Assembly: GCA_002269645.1 (NCBI GenBank)
Contig: NIVC01002676.1
Location: 62,001-126,000 of the forward strand
Reading direction: 5' to 3'
Source: Macrostomum lignano
Taxonomy: Eukaryota
Length of the DNA stretch: 64,000 nt
The notes below the pieces were generated by a model. That model was not told the DNA's origin. It did not search any database and worked only from the letters and a program-made list of their open reading frames with translations. Below, in pieces: positions 27,266 through 59,252 of this stretch; position 1 is the stretch's first letter; each line of letters begins with the position of its first letter. A program made the translations under genes and the position numbers.

Positions 27266-28073
27266 AACATTGCATAAGTTTTAGTATTAAGAGTTGTTGA
27301 GAATGTTCTTGTGGTTTTTAGAACCTTCTTCCAAACCAAGTTTTTTTTAATATAGAAGGACTTATTAAGGAAACAAAGTAATTGCCATCTAAATCAACCA
27401 CTTTCTGCCATTTTTTAGGCAGACATAATGTCATCAATGTAGAATTTCTTAGGTTTTGAGCCAAAAAGTTATTGAGCTAGTTATCTAAGGCCTTTTTATT
27501 AGCAAAAGTTTTTCTCATCAAGGCATTGGTCAGGGCACTAGGTTGGGAAAATATTGAAGATAATGCACTCAGTTCTCAGCCAAGTTCAAGTAATTTTTTT
27601 GCAAGTCACCTTGTTAATGTAAAGGCAGGCATTATTGTGCAGGAATTGGATTGGGTCAATCTGTCCAACTATTGACAATATAAGTTAGCCATAATCAATA
27701 TGTTGGTGGTAGCAGCTTGTAGAGGATCACACCTTTACAGTCTCACCAAATCGCATGACCTTGTGGGAATAGAGTCTAGCCTTAGGCTGTGGCTCAAGGG
27801 TTGCATCAGTATTTACCCACAACTGGTAATGATTAATGTTCACATATAAGCACCATTTTTTTGCCAGTAACAATTGACTTCAGCCAGTTGTGTGTATGCC
27901 AATAGGAGAGGAAAGAATCCGGCTTTGCCTTGAATTTGTGGTCCCAATTGGACAATTTATGGGGTACTCATTGAGTCAACTTGTGTACCTTGTCCAGTTA
28001 ATGCAAGTGAGTGGCAATTGTTTGATGGTCTACCCCAAGGACTTGCACTAACTCATGCGTGGTTTGTTAGGGG

Positions 28074-28715
28074 TAGTGTTCTGCTATAAGGAGGGTCCAT
28101 GTACCGTAGCCGTAGCCGTAAGCAAAACTACAGCTTATTCCAATTCTCTGTATTCCGTAGCCGTAGGGACCCCAAAATTACCATATTCCCGTAGTTCCCA
28201 TAGCTGTAGTTTTAACAAAAAGTCTAAAAAACAAAATATTTTAAATCAAGAAAATAACCTAGTGCTTAAACAACTGCAAATTAAATTACAAAATAAAAGA
28301 AACACTTAATTGTCTTTATAAGATTATATTTTGTCTTTTTTTAGAGCAACAATACTTAATCGTTATTGAAAGTACTAATGCTAAAGTTTTTCACATTAAT
28401 AAAAATTAGAGTTTGCTAGTGTTTTATTGTACTTTTTTAGGTATATTTTATAAGTTTTAGGTTGATAATACAGTTTACTAAAAGTATCTTTGTTTTACTC
28501 TACCTGTTTCTAATATTTTTTCAATTTTTAACATGAATAACTATGCCTATGGCTACGGGAATCTATGGAATGTGACAGCAACTACCATATTTCCGTAGTT
28601 GTAGCTGTAAGAGCAGCTAGCTACCATAGGTATATCCGTAGCTGCCATAGGCACCTATTTTACCATATTTGCCGTAGGATCCCGTAGCTGTAGCTATGGC
28701 TATGGCGGAACACTA
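28074..28715. mobile_element. hAT-type MITE inserted in the mariner transposase
   Basis: TIRs TAGTGTTCTGC / GCGGAACACTA, perfect 8-bp TSD GTTAGGGG (28066-28073, 28716-28723), subterminal CCGTAG repeats. Confidence 0.9.
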
Positions 28716-29066
28716 GTTAGGGGTCAGCCTCAATGAGTATGCACAGTCCAGGTGGTCATTATCCATCTCAAGACATTCTGACTAGGGCAAATCTTTGAGG
28801 CTGAAATCTCCCTGCCAAAACCAAGCAAACCAATCTTGTGCAGTACATTCAGACTCAGTACTAGCACCAAATGCACTGTTAATGCGGCTCAATTTGGCTT
28901 CTTTGGTACAAAATTTGAAGTTGTAGAGAAATAGTCCACAAATATAGGGTCAAGAGAGATCCATGTAGATAATCTGGCTTGAATAGCAACAGTCATGAAA
29001 AGTAGTCTGTCAACATGGCATATACACACCCTCAATATTTACCTATACACAGTAAGCTTCTAGAAT

Positions 29067-29429
29067 AGGGGGGCCGTAGCCCAGCGGTAGCGCAGCTGCT
29101 CTGGTGTGCCAGCGACCCAGGCTCAATTCCAAGTGCAGTCACATTAATTTGGGGCTGAATTGGAATCTCGGCTTGGCTCTGCTCGTGTAATTAACGGCCT
29201 TGAGAGCCAACCCCCAAGGCGCAGTGAAGTGTACATGCCTAACGATAAAATAAAGTTAGGGCCGCTGTACACTTCTGTGTGAGTGTGTGCCTGCGTACAT
29301 ATCCGCGCGCTTGTATGCCTGCTCAGGGGAGTCGGCGGAATGGGCAGCAATACCTCTCGCAGGTTGTGCCTATGTCGCTTAAAGTGCGCCAGGGTGCACA
29401 CAACCCCCCTGCCTCTAATAAAAATAAAA
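29067..29429 (+). mobile_element. tRNA-derived SINE (family B) inserted in the mariner 5' region
   Basis: GGGGCCGTAGCCCAGCGGTAG (A box), GGCTCAATTCC (B box), A-rich tail AATAAAAATAAAAA, perfect 13-bp TSD AAGCTTCTAGAAT (29054-29066, 29430-29442). Confidence 0.9.
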
Positions 29430-29584
29430 AAGCTTCTAGAATGTTTTAGAAAGTTCTGAGATTGAATTTTCTGGAAACTGAAAGAACATTCTTGACAACC
29501 AAACAATTTTATGTAATTAATTATACTCATTTCTATTTTTTGTAATACTATATATAGTATATACAGTATATACCACAGATAGTA

Positions 29585-30272
29585 ATGTTGTACCTGTGGT
29601 TGTCCTGCTGTCCAGCGCAGTGACTTGGGCTCTTGACTCTTAGTAGCGTAGGTAGTGCTGCCACCAGTTCCTTCAGGTCTCGGCCTTCGATGAGGTGAGC
29701 TTCCCGTCGGAACGAAATAACGAAGTCAACGAACTCAGCACCGGGTGCAGATTTGCAGTTCAACGTACAAGGCGTCTCGTCAGCAGCACCTGCCGGGCTT
29801 GGTTGGTTCAGGGAGGGCTGAGTTAGCCTCTCGTAGGCTTGAGGTTGGGCTTTAGTGGGGTCTCAGTCAGACCAGTACAAGCAGATTCAGTGTACGCAAA
29901 GGGCACTTAGTTAGACACTGACGCACACGGGAGCTTAGTGGATTCTCCGCAGATAAGAAGCCTCCTTGACGGAAACAAGGGAGAGGGGTCCTATTTATAG
30001 CCGGGAAACACCCACGCACAAGACCTCGTGACTTGTTCTATTTTTAGAAATGACGTCACTTGAGGTCTCGGGGCAGGGTCTCAGTGCGCGCAAGACCTCG
30101 TGACTCGTTCTATTTTTAGAAATGACGTCACTTGAGGTCTCCGGCCAGAGTACACGCGGCTGTGACTCAGTTGCTATTTTTAGAAACATGAGTCACTCCT
30201 CTCCTTAGAGAAGGGAGGGGTCCGAAAGCACGTAATTCTCCCGGTAAACAGGGCCAACGAGTGCAGTAAACA
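29585..30272. mobile_element. Possible solo LTR
   Basis: TGTT...AACA termini, TATA-like CTATTTATAG at about 29991, duplicated enhancer-like block with a 72-bp period. No TSD found. Confidence 0.4.
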
Positions 30273-30868
30273 TGTTTACTGCACTATAAGACTCCAAGAA
30301 CGCAAGATCTGTCATGTGACTTGCTCACATGACAGAGGAAAACGGGACGGGAATGAAACAGAGACAGCCAGCCTACAGCAGAGAAGCTGAGGGCTGAGAA
30401 CAGAGACGCAGAAGAGCAGAACAGGCCAAGGGCAGCAACAGACGGCCAGGGGGGCGGGAAGCTGACCAGCGGCAGACAGCAACCCAGGGCGAGGGCGAGG
30501 GAGACTGCTGACAAAAGGGGGACGCCAAACACTAAACTAGCGGCTCACTACAGTAAAAAATATTTTTTCACCCACAGTGTTTCTATTATATATGGTATAA
30601 ACAAAAAGCTTACAATAAGCTAAAGGTTTGTTTAAGTTGGTTTTCAGTTTAGTTGGCTAAAAATAGTCAAAGCAAAGATGCCAATAACCCTTTAGCAGGA
30701 ATTTTTTGCATTCACCAAAATCACCACAGACATTTGAATCATATTTGCTTATTATTTATTAACTGTCGTTTGCCATTTAATTTATTTAAAATTGAATTAG
30801 TTTTATTTTAACTATCGTCTTATCAAACTCACAATGCTGAAACGCATCCCACAGCAGCGCTGCTACAA

Positions 30869-33058
<2,190 letters not shown>

Positions 33059-33229
33059 TTTAACTGAAAAATTAATTCGTTTGCGCTGGCTTCTGATATG
33101 TCAAGCATTGAATATTAATATAAAAATGGCTGTATTGCTGAAAAGGGATTTTCTGTCTATGCAATTTTCTGTTTTTTGTATTGCTGGCTTTGATGTCTTG
33201 CGTGCCCAAGGTTGTGCTTTTTTAAATCT

Positions 33230-33840
33230 GACATCCACAAGAGCTGGTAGATTCAAAATCTCACCCACAAGAGTTAGTCGTTTCAAAATCACACCCACAA
33301 GAGTTAGTCGTTTCAAAATCTCACCCACAAGAGTTAGTCGTTTCAAAATCTCACCCACAAGAGTTAGTCGTTTCAAAATCACACCCACAAGAGTTAGTCG
33401 TTTCAAAATCTCACCCACAAGAGTTGGTCGTTTCAAAATCTCACCCACAAGAGTTAGTCGTTTCAAAATCTCACACACAAGAGTTGGTCGTTTCAAAATC
33501 TCACCCACAAGAGTTAGTCGTTTCAAAATCTCACACACAAGAGTTGGTCGTTTCAAAATCTCACACAAGAGCTGGTGGATTCAAAATCTCACACACAAGA
33601 GCTGGTGGATTCAAAATCTCACCCACAAAAGCTGGTGGATTCAAAATCTCACCCACAAAAGCTGGTGGATTCAAAATCTCACACACAAGAGTTGGTGGAT
33701 TCAAAATCTCACACACAAGAGTTGGTGGTTCAAAATCTCAACACACAAGAGCTGGTGGATTCAAAATCTCACCCACAAAAGCTGGTGGATTCAAAATCTC
33801 ACACAAGAGCTGGTGGATTCAAAATCTCACCCACAAGAGT
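33230..33840. repeat. 30-bp minisatellite CAAGAGTTAGTCGTTTCAAAATCTCACCCA downstream of the LRRC57 stop
   Basis: Two variant blocks (GTTAGTCGTT and GCTGGTGGAT types). Confidence 0.95.
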
Positions 33841-34611
33841 CTTATCTACCTGACTTGTGAATCGCAATGGCGCCTCAAAAAGCATGACTCTGTATTCGAA
33901 AGAAAACTGGCAGAACTACAGATACAGTGAAAAATAAACAGTGCACCATGTAAAAGCAATCGGTTTATTAAATGGAACTTTTAAGAACCGAATTTTGTTT
34001 AAATAAAACACTGAGTCTGCATGTATGTACAATAAGTATTGCTTGCCTCCTACTTATTAGTAGCATAACTACTGTGCTAACAAAACTAAATTACGATGCT
34101 TAAATCACGCGCATTAACGTATTTTCCGAGCTAATTTTTTGTGCTTGTGCTTATATAACTATTACTGATGTTATTGGTCTTGTCAGATTTTAACTTTAAG
34201 ACAGTATTTATTTACTCAAGAGTGACATAATATGTTAATTCCTATGTTACCTGTTTCTGCTCTATGCTAAAATTCTTGTATATGTAAGCTTGTTTTCAAG
34301 GATAATTTTTAGAATCTGCTTAAAAATTCGCGTTTTATGCTACTCGCGGCCCATCTGGACAGTAGTGCACTTGACTTGTTGTGATCATTTCATAGTGTCC
34401 CCCTTTTTTTAAAGCAAACGTATATTTAATGAATTGGTGTACAGTTACTATATTAGTATGAATGTACGTTCAATATACCGATGCAAAATAATACTTTGCT
34501 ATCAGATATATTCGAGTATATTGCAATCTTTTGACCAACTATTATTTAATTCGAAATCTGTGTTAGTTGCAAAATTCAGTAAAAAATAGTTAAGAATCTG
34601 CGCCCACAAAT

Positions 34612-36366
34612 TCAAGCCTTCGGAATGCCGGCCACAATGCTGCCCTCAATGCCGCACTCGTTTTTGCCGCGCAGAATTTTAAAGAAGCCGTCCAGTCCCC
34701 AGTCGGGGTTCCAGGAGTTGGCAACCAGCCAGTACGGCGTGCCGTTCTCAACGCCCCAGCCCAGGATCTTCACCGCGTGTCCACCTAGCTCGCCCCCGGT
34801 GGTGTGCTGGTACACGCCTGACTTGTAGGACGGAAAGTCGGCATAGACGGTGAACGCGGCCTCCACTGGCCCGTTGGTCATGATCTCCTTGGCGATGTCG
34901 TCCTGCTTGGATGACACCGTGTACACTGAGGCGCCTGTTGTGCGGTTTGTGGCGATGAATAGCTCTTGAAAGCGATGGCTGTCTTGATAATAGGAGTCAC
35001 GGAGCCTCCTATGGCTGCATGCACATAACCTTGGTGTCACTGTAACAAGTCTCTTTATTATGACTCCTACTACATCAATTGGTTTCAGTCTCTGCTTTCA
35101 GTCAGTTTTGGTGCATATGGATTCAGTGTAGGTGGATGGATGAATGGAATAAAGATTATCCTTGTAAGGTTTGCCGCAAACCAAGGTGACATTCGACCGG
35201 TAGCCAGAGGAGGGAAACAATGAGGTCACACTCACTCAGAGTGTACGGTACAGCAGTCCTGAATTCTTGTCTTCCGGCAGTGTACACACTTTTGAGTCAG
35301 GTCTATTCCATGTACAGACCCCCTGATAAGACTCAGATGGGTCATCTACTTGCTGCCAAACTCACCAAAGTGCTTGTCATTGTTGTAGGTCATGTTGTAG
35401 CCGGAGATGCAATCCCTCTTGCACTTGGGCGTTTTGGAGTCTCCGCTGCACGGCTGGTACTTGCCGGTAGTGTGGTGGTCGCAGTGCGGCAGGCTATAAG
35501 GCTGGCAGCCCTGCTTGGTGCCGTACTGCCCGCCAGTGACAATGCCGGACTTCTTCCAGTATTGCCAGGCCGACTCCAGGAAGCCGCCGTTGCAGCCCAT
35601 GCCGCAGGAGAAGCCGCAGCAAGCCAGCAGATCCTCGGCGCTGAGGTGGACTTGCACCTGTTGTTTGGATAGTATCAGGGTTTTACTGGTTTAAGGCATC
35701 AACTTCGATCGAGATGGTTCCGAATGTTCTTTAACTGGTTCCAACAGGATTCACTACTAATCAAGGCAAAAAATGTTTCTTCATCGATTCCGAGAAGGAT
35801 TTCTCGATAATTATCAGCTGGACTGACCGAAAATACCTTTAATGCGATTTAATTTGTTGAGGTTCCGAGATTTCTGCTCAAGTTTAGCAACGCATTGTCC
35901 CGGGGACTTCCTGTTCTTAAATATCGCTAACAACTAGGCTCCAGGAGAGCCTTACCTTGCCGCCGCTGTGAATGCAGTGCCTGTCAGACATGGCCTCCAC
36001 CGCTCCGAAGGCCCAGCAGGATCCGCAGTTGCTCTGGTCGCGGACCTCCTGAATAGTCGGACACTTTGGCCACTGGGTTCGCGCGTCGAATTCGGTCGGC
36101 AGGTCGCCAATGTCGGAGCCTGGGTAGCTGAGCACGGGAATGTCGGGCTTGTTGGGATTGGCGATTACGCCCAGGACTCTGCGCACGTCCGACACGCTGT
36201 CGAACCGACTGGTCCGGCCGGCTTGCCAAGTTGTGCCAACTTTATTGACGTAGTCGATGAGCTCCTGGGTCAGCGGCTCGTGCATCGGCTTGACGGCCGT
36301 CGACTCTTCCCTGGGATAGGCGCTGGATGCCGCGGCCAGCAAGAGCACAGCAAACACTTTCAGCAT
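34612..36366 (-). CDS. CTSB: Cathepsin B preproenzyme, 341 aa, 3 exons
   Basis: Exons 36366-35956, 35657-35366, 34934-34612, phases 0 and 1. Signal peptide, [22 protein letters not shown] catalytic Cys, occluding loop PHCDHH, GGHA catalytic His, WLVANSWN. Confidence 0.96.
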
Positions 36367-37426
36367 GTTGGCGCAATAGTTTCTATGGACTAGTGGACAC
36401 GCTTAAAGCTTGATTATTCTTCACACAACCTTCCGAGAGTTGTCTTTTATGCGCCAGAATGTTTTGAAGTTTCTGAGCCACTGCTTTATCGGTATCAGGA
36501 TTAGTCACTCTCGCTTTCTTGAATACTGAGCCCTCGCTGTGCCACCCTGGAGACGCGTTACGCCTGCACCAGCAGGGCCTCCTCGCGACTTGCCGATTGA
36601 TAAGACTATCTGATTGATTGTGCTTTCATGGCAAGGCCATTGGGTGCCCACTTGGCCTGCCTGTATCGGCTTGGATCACATGCAGATAAGCGAGATAGTG
36701 ACCTCTGCCCCGGCCCTTTTTTGATTTTCTCTTTCTCAAAGGTGGTAAAGCTCACAAAAATTGAAAAAGAAAAACTTTCTTGAACGGGAAATTTTTCTAT
36801 CGTCATAGTATAGAAGTATACTACAATTAAAAAAGCCTATAAAATTCGAATATCGACGTTGAACTGGCTCCCCCGGGGCCGCATGTCTCCGGTGGAGAAT
36901 ACGGGCGGAAAGTTGCGCTGTTCATCAGGCGCGCGCAAGGCGACCCCCCGCGCTGGGTGGCTCTTCGTATAGAAAGAAGGCTTAGCCTATTTCTGTTCGT
37001 TTTGCCACAAAAAATTCTCTCATGGCACGCATCTGGGTCGTCGCCCTGTTCAGACTTGAACTGAATTCTCGCCAGCCCCCACGCGCCACTCGCTTTCTCT
37101 GTGAAAGTTGCAGGCCGCGCCCGCGTTGCGCTGCGAATCGCAGTATCAACTTTGCTGTATTGCTGGATGCCTGCATGCGAAAACTCCTAAGAAAGTCTTA
37201 GTTTAGCGCTCCCATTGATTATATAGACATCCTTCACTACGCCAATATGGTTCGCTTCAACCTAAAAGATGTGATCGTGTTGGCACAATGTCTATATCAA
37301 TGCAAATTGAATCAATCAGTTTTAGGAAATTTCATGTACTTATGTACCCAGTGTAAACTGCTTGAAGCACTGTTTCTTAGGATATGACATAGACAAGTAA
37401 CAGTCACTTTCCAATGACAACTGCTT

Positions 37427-37941
37427 GCGCATCTGAAGGCTGTGTATGGCTGTTCAGTCCAAGGACTGGAAGGTCGCCACAAACACCCACAATTACCCCA
37501 GCTAAAGCTAGCACCCGCCTAAGGTGGCCTCGCCATTGATTTTATGGTGGGGGGACAAAGCCAAGAATTCTACATTTACATGTACATGACTTTCAGAATC
37601 GGTGCCGTCAGCTCTCATTTTGGCGCCGCAGTCACTCATTCTGGCGCCGCAGTCTCTCATTTTAGCGCCACAGGCACTCATTTTAGCGCCCTTGAAGCAA
37701 AATTATTGATTTCCATAACGGGTCACAAGGTTGCGTAGGGTGAACAAAGCATTGGCTTGTCCCCCCATAGCTTTTACTGGGGGGGGACATGTCCCCCGTG
37801 TCCCTCCGGTGGCGACGCCCCTGGAAGCAATGCAGAGCCAAGTGTCCTGCTCAAGGACACAAACTGTTCCGAGTTGAGTCGAGAATCGAACCCCCGACCT
37901 TTCAGTCGTGAGTCCGACGCCCTATCCACGAGGCTGCAACC
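37427..37941 (-). mobile_element. Second copy of SINE family A, interrupted by a MITE
   Basis: 37427-37516 aligns with 998-1090 and 37824-37941 aligns with about 1110-1231. About 20 bp of the SINE are missing at the insertion point. Confidence 0.85.
37521..37823. mobile_element. GC-rich MITE (same family as 26361-26645, opposite orientation)
   Basis: Right TIR TGGCGACGCCCCTG, degenerate left TIR AGGTGGCCTCGCCA. Internal repeat is the reverse complement of the 21-bp subrepeat at 26490-26570. Confidence 0.7.
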
Positions 37942-39309
37942 GAATGCAGATGCTCTCAATACGCCCTAACCACGGGGCTGCAACCGAATGCAGATGCTCT
38001 CAATACGCCCTAACCACGGGGCTGCAACCGAATGCAGATGCTCTCAATAGGTAATCGTAAACCAAATAGCCAAGTATTGACTTAAAGGCTTGCAGGAGTT
38101 TTTCCCCAACTACAATCGTACTGCTTGGAGTCCGTCTTCGAACTGAGAAATCGACTCTGGCGTTTTGAATAATCCTGCTGTCAAGCTTGAACTTTGCATG
38201 ACGTGGCCAAATAACTTGAAACTTTAAACCAACTAATTTTTAATTAGCTCGCTCTCGTTCAACTTCATGGAAAGGCAAAAAAGCTCATTTAGCTTTGCGC
38301 AATTAGGATATTATAATTTTTAGTGAAATTGCACTTGAAAACAAGCATTTGCTGCTCGCTAGGGCTTGCGCCAATTTCGCATGGGTGGAAAGCAATTCCA
38401 ATCGAAACGAGAACAACCCGAAAGACGCAATTCCTCAATGCAATCATTCTGCAAAAAAGAGCGACCGAGCGAGGTATGCACCGGTGCATGGGCCTTTTTT
38501 TACCCGCCCGCCCCTTCGAATGTTGTCGGCCTGCATGAGCTGCAGTGGCTTGGGCTGTCTTGTAGCGATTTCGGTCGTCACCAAAAAATGAAGCCCCCAC
38601 CAACAAGCTATAGCTTTAGCATCAAGAAGAAGCAGAGCTGGTGCGCCGCGTGGATTGGCCTGAACAGACGCGCAGACGGACGGAGAACGCAGAGAGAGAG
38701 CGTTCGTTCTCTCTGCGCAGTTGGAATTTAGCTAGGCCAATTGGAAACTCCCAGCTTGATTCCAGCATTTCTCATGAGAGGAGAGAAATAAAGAAAAGTC
38801 GAATATAGATACACAGCGCCGGGTGCCCATATAATGGGCCAATCTCTCCTACTTATAACACCAGGTCTATGGAGCTTTTTTGCGCCCCCACTCTGTGCGC
38901 GCTCGATTTCAAACTTAGCAACCTCCCTTCCTTCATAGTTTGCATTCCCATGCTTTCCATTCCTGCCTGGAAGAAAAGCAAACCAGCTAAATAAGAGGCA
39001 ATTAGAGCAGCAGAGGGGCTGAGCTGGTTGGCTGCTCCCGGCGCAGCTTGGCTACACCAGGCGCCTTTTTAAAAGGCCGCCCCTTCCTCAGTCTGCTCGG
39101 CCACTTGCTGGTAAACCCACTCGCCTTGACGACCGGCCTTGTAGCTTCCCTAGCTAGTGCCCTGTAGGATCCGTGCTTGCAACTTTACCGCACTGGAGAC
39201 GGCTGCTATTTTTTTTATTAAAATACAGCAGCCGGGCTGCAGATTGTAAGCCATTCTACAGTGTACAGCGGGACGCTGAGCTCTTCGAACCTGACAACTG
39301 CCCGGCCCT

Positions 39310-40070
39310 GTGGGATCACTGTGAATCTGATCTTTGTGATCACTGTGACACAGCCCATGTGTGATCAATGTGAATCTGATCTTTGTGATCACTGTGACAC
39401 AGCCCATGTGTAATCAATGTGAATCTGATCTTTGTGATCACTGTGACACAGCCCATGTGTGATCAATGTGAATCTGCTCTTTGTGATCACTGTGACACCG
39501 CTCATGTGTGATCAATGTGAATCTGCTCTTTGTGATCACTGTGACACCGCTCATGTGTGATCAATGTGAATCTGCTCTTTGTGATTACGGTGACACAGCC
39601 ATTTGTGATCAATGTGAATCCGATTTTTGTGATCATAGTGACAGCTCATGTGTGATCAATGTGAATCCGCTCTTTGGGATCACTGTGACAGCCCATGTGT
39701 AATCAATGTGAATCTGCTCTTTGTGATCACTGACACCGCTCATGTGTGATCAATGTGAATCTGCTCTTTGTGATCACGGTGACACAGCCATTTGTGATCA
39801 ATGTGAATCCGATTTTTGTGATCATAGTGACAGCTCATGTGTGATCAATGTGAATCCGCTCTTTGGGATCACTGTGACAGTCCATGTGTGATCAATGTGA
39901 ATCTGATCTTTGTGATCACGGTGACACAGCCCACGTGTGATCAATGTGAATCCGCTCTTTGTGATCACGGTGACACAACCAATGTGTGATCAATGTGAAT
40001 CCAATCTTTGTGATCACAGAGACACAGCCCACGTGTGATCAATGAATCCGATCTTTGTGATCACTGTGAC
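39310..40070. repeat. About 49-bp minisatellite TGTGATCAATGTGAATCTGATCTTTGTGATCACTGTGACACAGCCCATG
   Basis: About 15 degenerate units. The unit length is not a multiple of 3. Confidence 0.9.
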
Positions 40071-41061
40071 ACAGCCTGTGTGATCCACTGTCACAGTGCT
40101 GTTTGATCCGTGTCACTGTTCTGTGTGACCAATCTGACAGGAGATGTAAAAGAATCGGAGTTACCCTATTAGTCAGTTACTAAAGAATCACCATGAGGAC
40201 ATCAAACTAAAGCAAAATGGCAAACCATTCCCAAATACTTTTAAGTGCCATAACACAGGATTCAAAAACAATAATCTAAACGGACACATATATTTCAGAC
40301 AGGACAATACGGAAGAGACATTGCTAAGCGGTGAATTGCAGTTTTTCTACTGGATCGCGGCAGCAGCAACAGCAACAGACTAAAGCAACAAAAAAGCGTC
40401 AAAAAACTTATCAACTGTTTAAAAAATAGGTTTAGTGCTTATTGCAGTCTACTAGAACGCAAGTCTAGTCAGTAGTGATAATCGAATTGGAACTGCTAAA
40501 TAGAAGGAATCCGTCGAAAAATGATAAAATCGATTGTGTAAAATAAATCTGTTAAAAATCAAAGCAGTTGAAGACTCATTCAACTAATTAACTATTCGTT
40601 AGTGTCGGAAAGTAACGCATTAAAGTTTGCTTGATTAGAACATTAAAATACCAAAATTAATAAATTGAGGGTAATACGAATGACTAGCTAATTATGTCGG
40701 ATTGCACTGAGTCACTGAATTATTGATTTTTAAAACAACAAAAATACTAGATAATAGAAGAATGATGCGTTCAAAAAATAGAACAATAGCCGCTGTTACA
40801 CCCTGTACAGGGAACTCGGGAGACATGGGGTGACAGCAGGAAACTTTCTTGTGTTCCAACAAATTTGAAAGAAACTGATGCCATTTTAAAACTCGTGTCA
40901 AGTTGTGACGGATTTATTCAGCTTTAAATTGAGTCCAAGTTTCTCAAATTAGTTCTTGTCTCCTGAGTTCCCTGCTCAGCGGGTCAACGCGGAATGGATC
41001 CGGAGGTTTCTCCAGTCAAGTAGCAAAATAGCCAACTAAATTGTAGACTCGTTCATTTTCT

Positions 41062-41425
41062 GGCTATGTTAAACATTTCTTACATAGCGAGATGGCTATG
41101 TTAAACATTTCTTACATAGCGAGATGGCTATGTTAAACATTTCTTACATAGCGAGATGGCTATGTTAAACATTTCTTACATAGCGAGATGGCTATGTTAA
41201 ACATTTCTTACATAGCGAGATGGCTATGTTAAACATTTCTTACATAGCGGGATGGCTATGTTAAACATTTCTTACATAGCGGGATGGCTATGTTAAACAT
41301 TTCTTACATAGCGAGATGGCTATGTTAAACATTTCTTACATAGCGAGATGGCTATGTTAAACATTTCTTACATAGCGAGATGGCTATGTTAAACATTTCT
41401 TACATAGCGAGATGGCTATGTTAAA
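41062..41425. repeat. 32-bp tandem repeat GGCTATGTTAAACATTTCTTACATAGCGAGAT, about 11 copies
   Basis: Head-to-tail units without spacers; internal inverted arms GCTATGT / ACATAGC. Confidence 0.95.
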
Positions 41426-41815
41426 CCTGAGTTAGATGTTGTGCTACTTGACTGGAGTTAACTTATAGAACCGATCAGTTTACACCTCTGTTATCTGGGC
41501 CTAGTTAATTATACAATCAAGACAAATAATTATTCCTTGTTAAATATTGAACAATTAGCTAAATTATTAAGAGAAACGCAGACACTGCACAATAGTCAAA
41601 TTATCATTGTCTAAAAATTCACAATTCTACTGCATAAAAATTCCGTTTATTAAAATCAAGAACCACGCGCACACTACTTGCCTAGTGAAATGTTTACAAT
41701 TCAACTTCAACATGATATTTTTGCAACAAAAACCAGCTGCAATAACTTTGCAAAAAACTTCTTTTAGTTCAATCTCTTCTGTTAGATGCCTCTCGCACTG
41801 ATTTATTCTGTCATC

Positions 41816-59252
<17,437 letters not shown>

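Larger units (their letters stand above)
27285..29505 (-). mobile_element. Fossil mariner (DD34D) transposon interrupted by two insertions
   Basis: TIR cores GTTGTTGAGAATGTTCTT (about 27293) and GTTGTCAAGAATGTTCTT (minus, about 29500). Degraded transposase motifs RINSAFGASTESECTAQDWF..F.QGDFSLKD, IVTG.KW, FLHNNA, KKLLELG, KKWQKVVDLDGNYF. Confidence 0.85.

Noticed and set aside
38289-38731. Overlapping 70-120-aa ORFs on both strands
   Set aside because: No motifs, no consistent splice signals and no codon-style support.
39310-40070. Metallothionein-like CDQCESDLCDHCD repeats
   Set aside because: The 49-bp unit shifts frame each copy and introduces TGA stops; it is a non-coding satellite.
41062-41425. 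CRISPR-like array (32-bp repeat with internal palindrome)
   Set aside because: No unique spacers, no cas genes, eukaryotic context.
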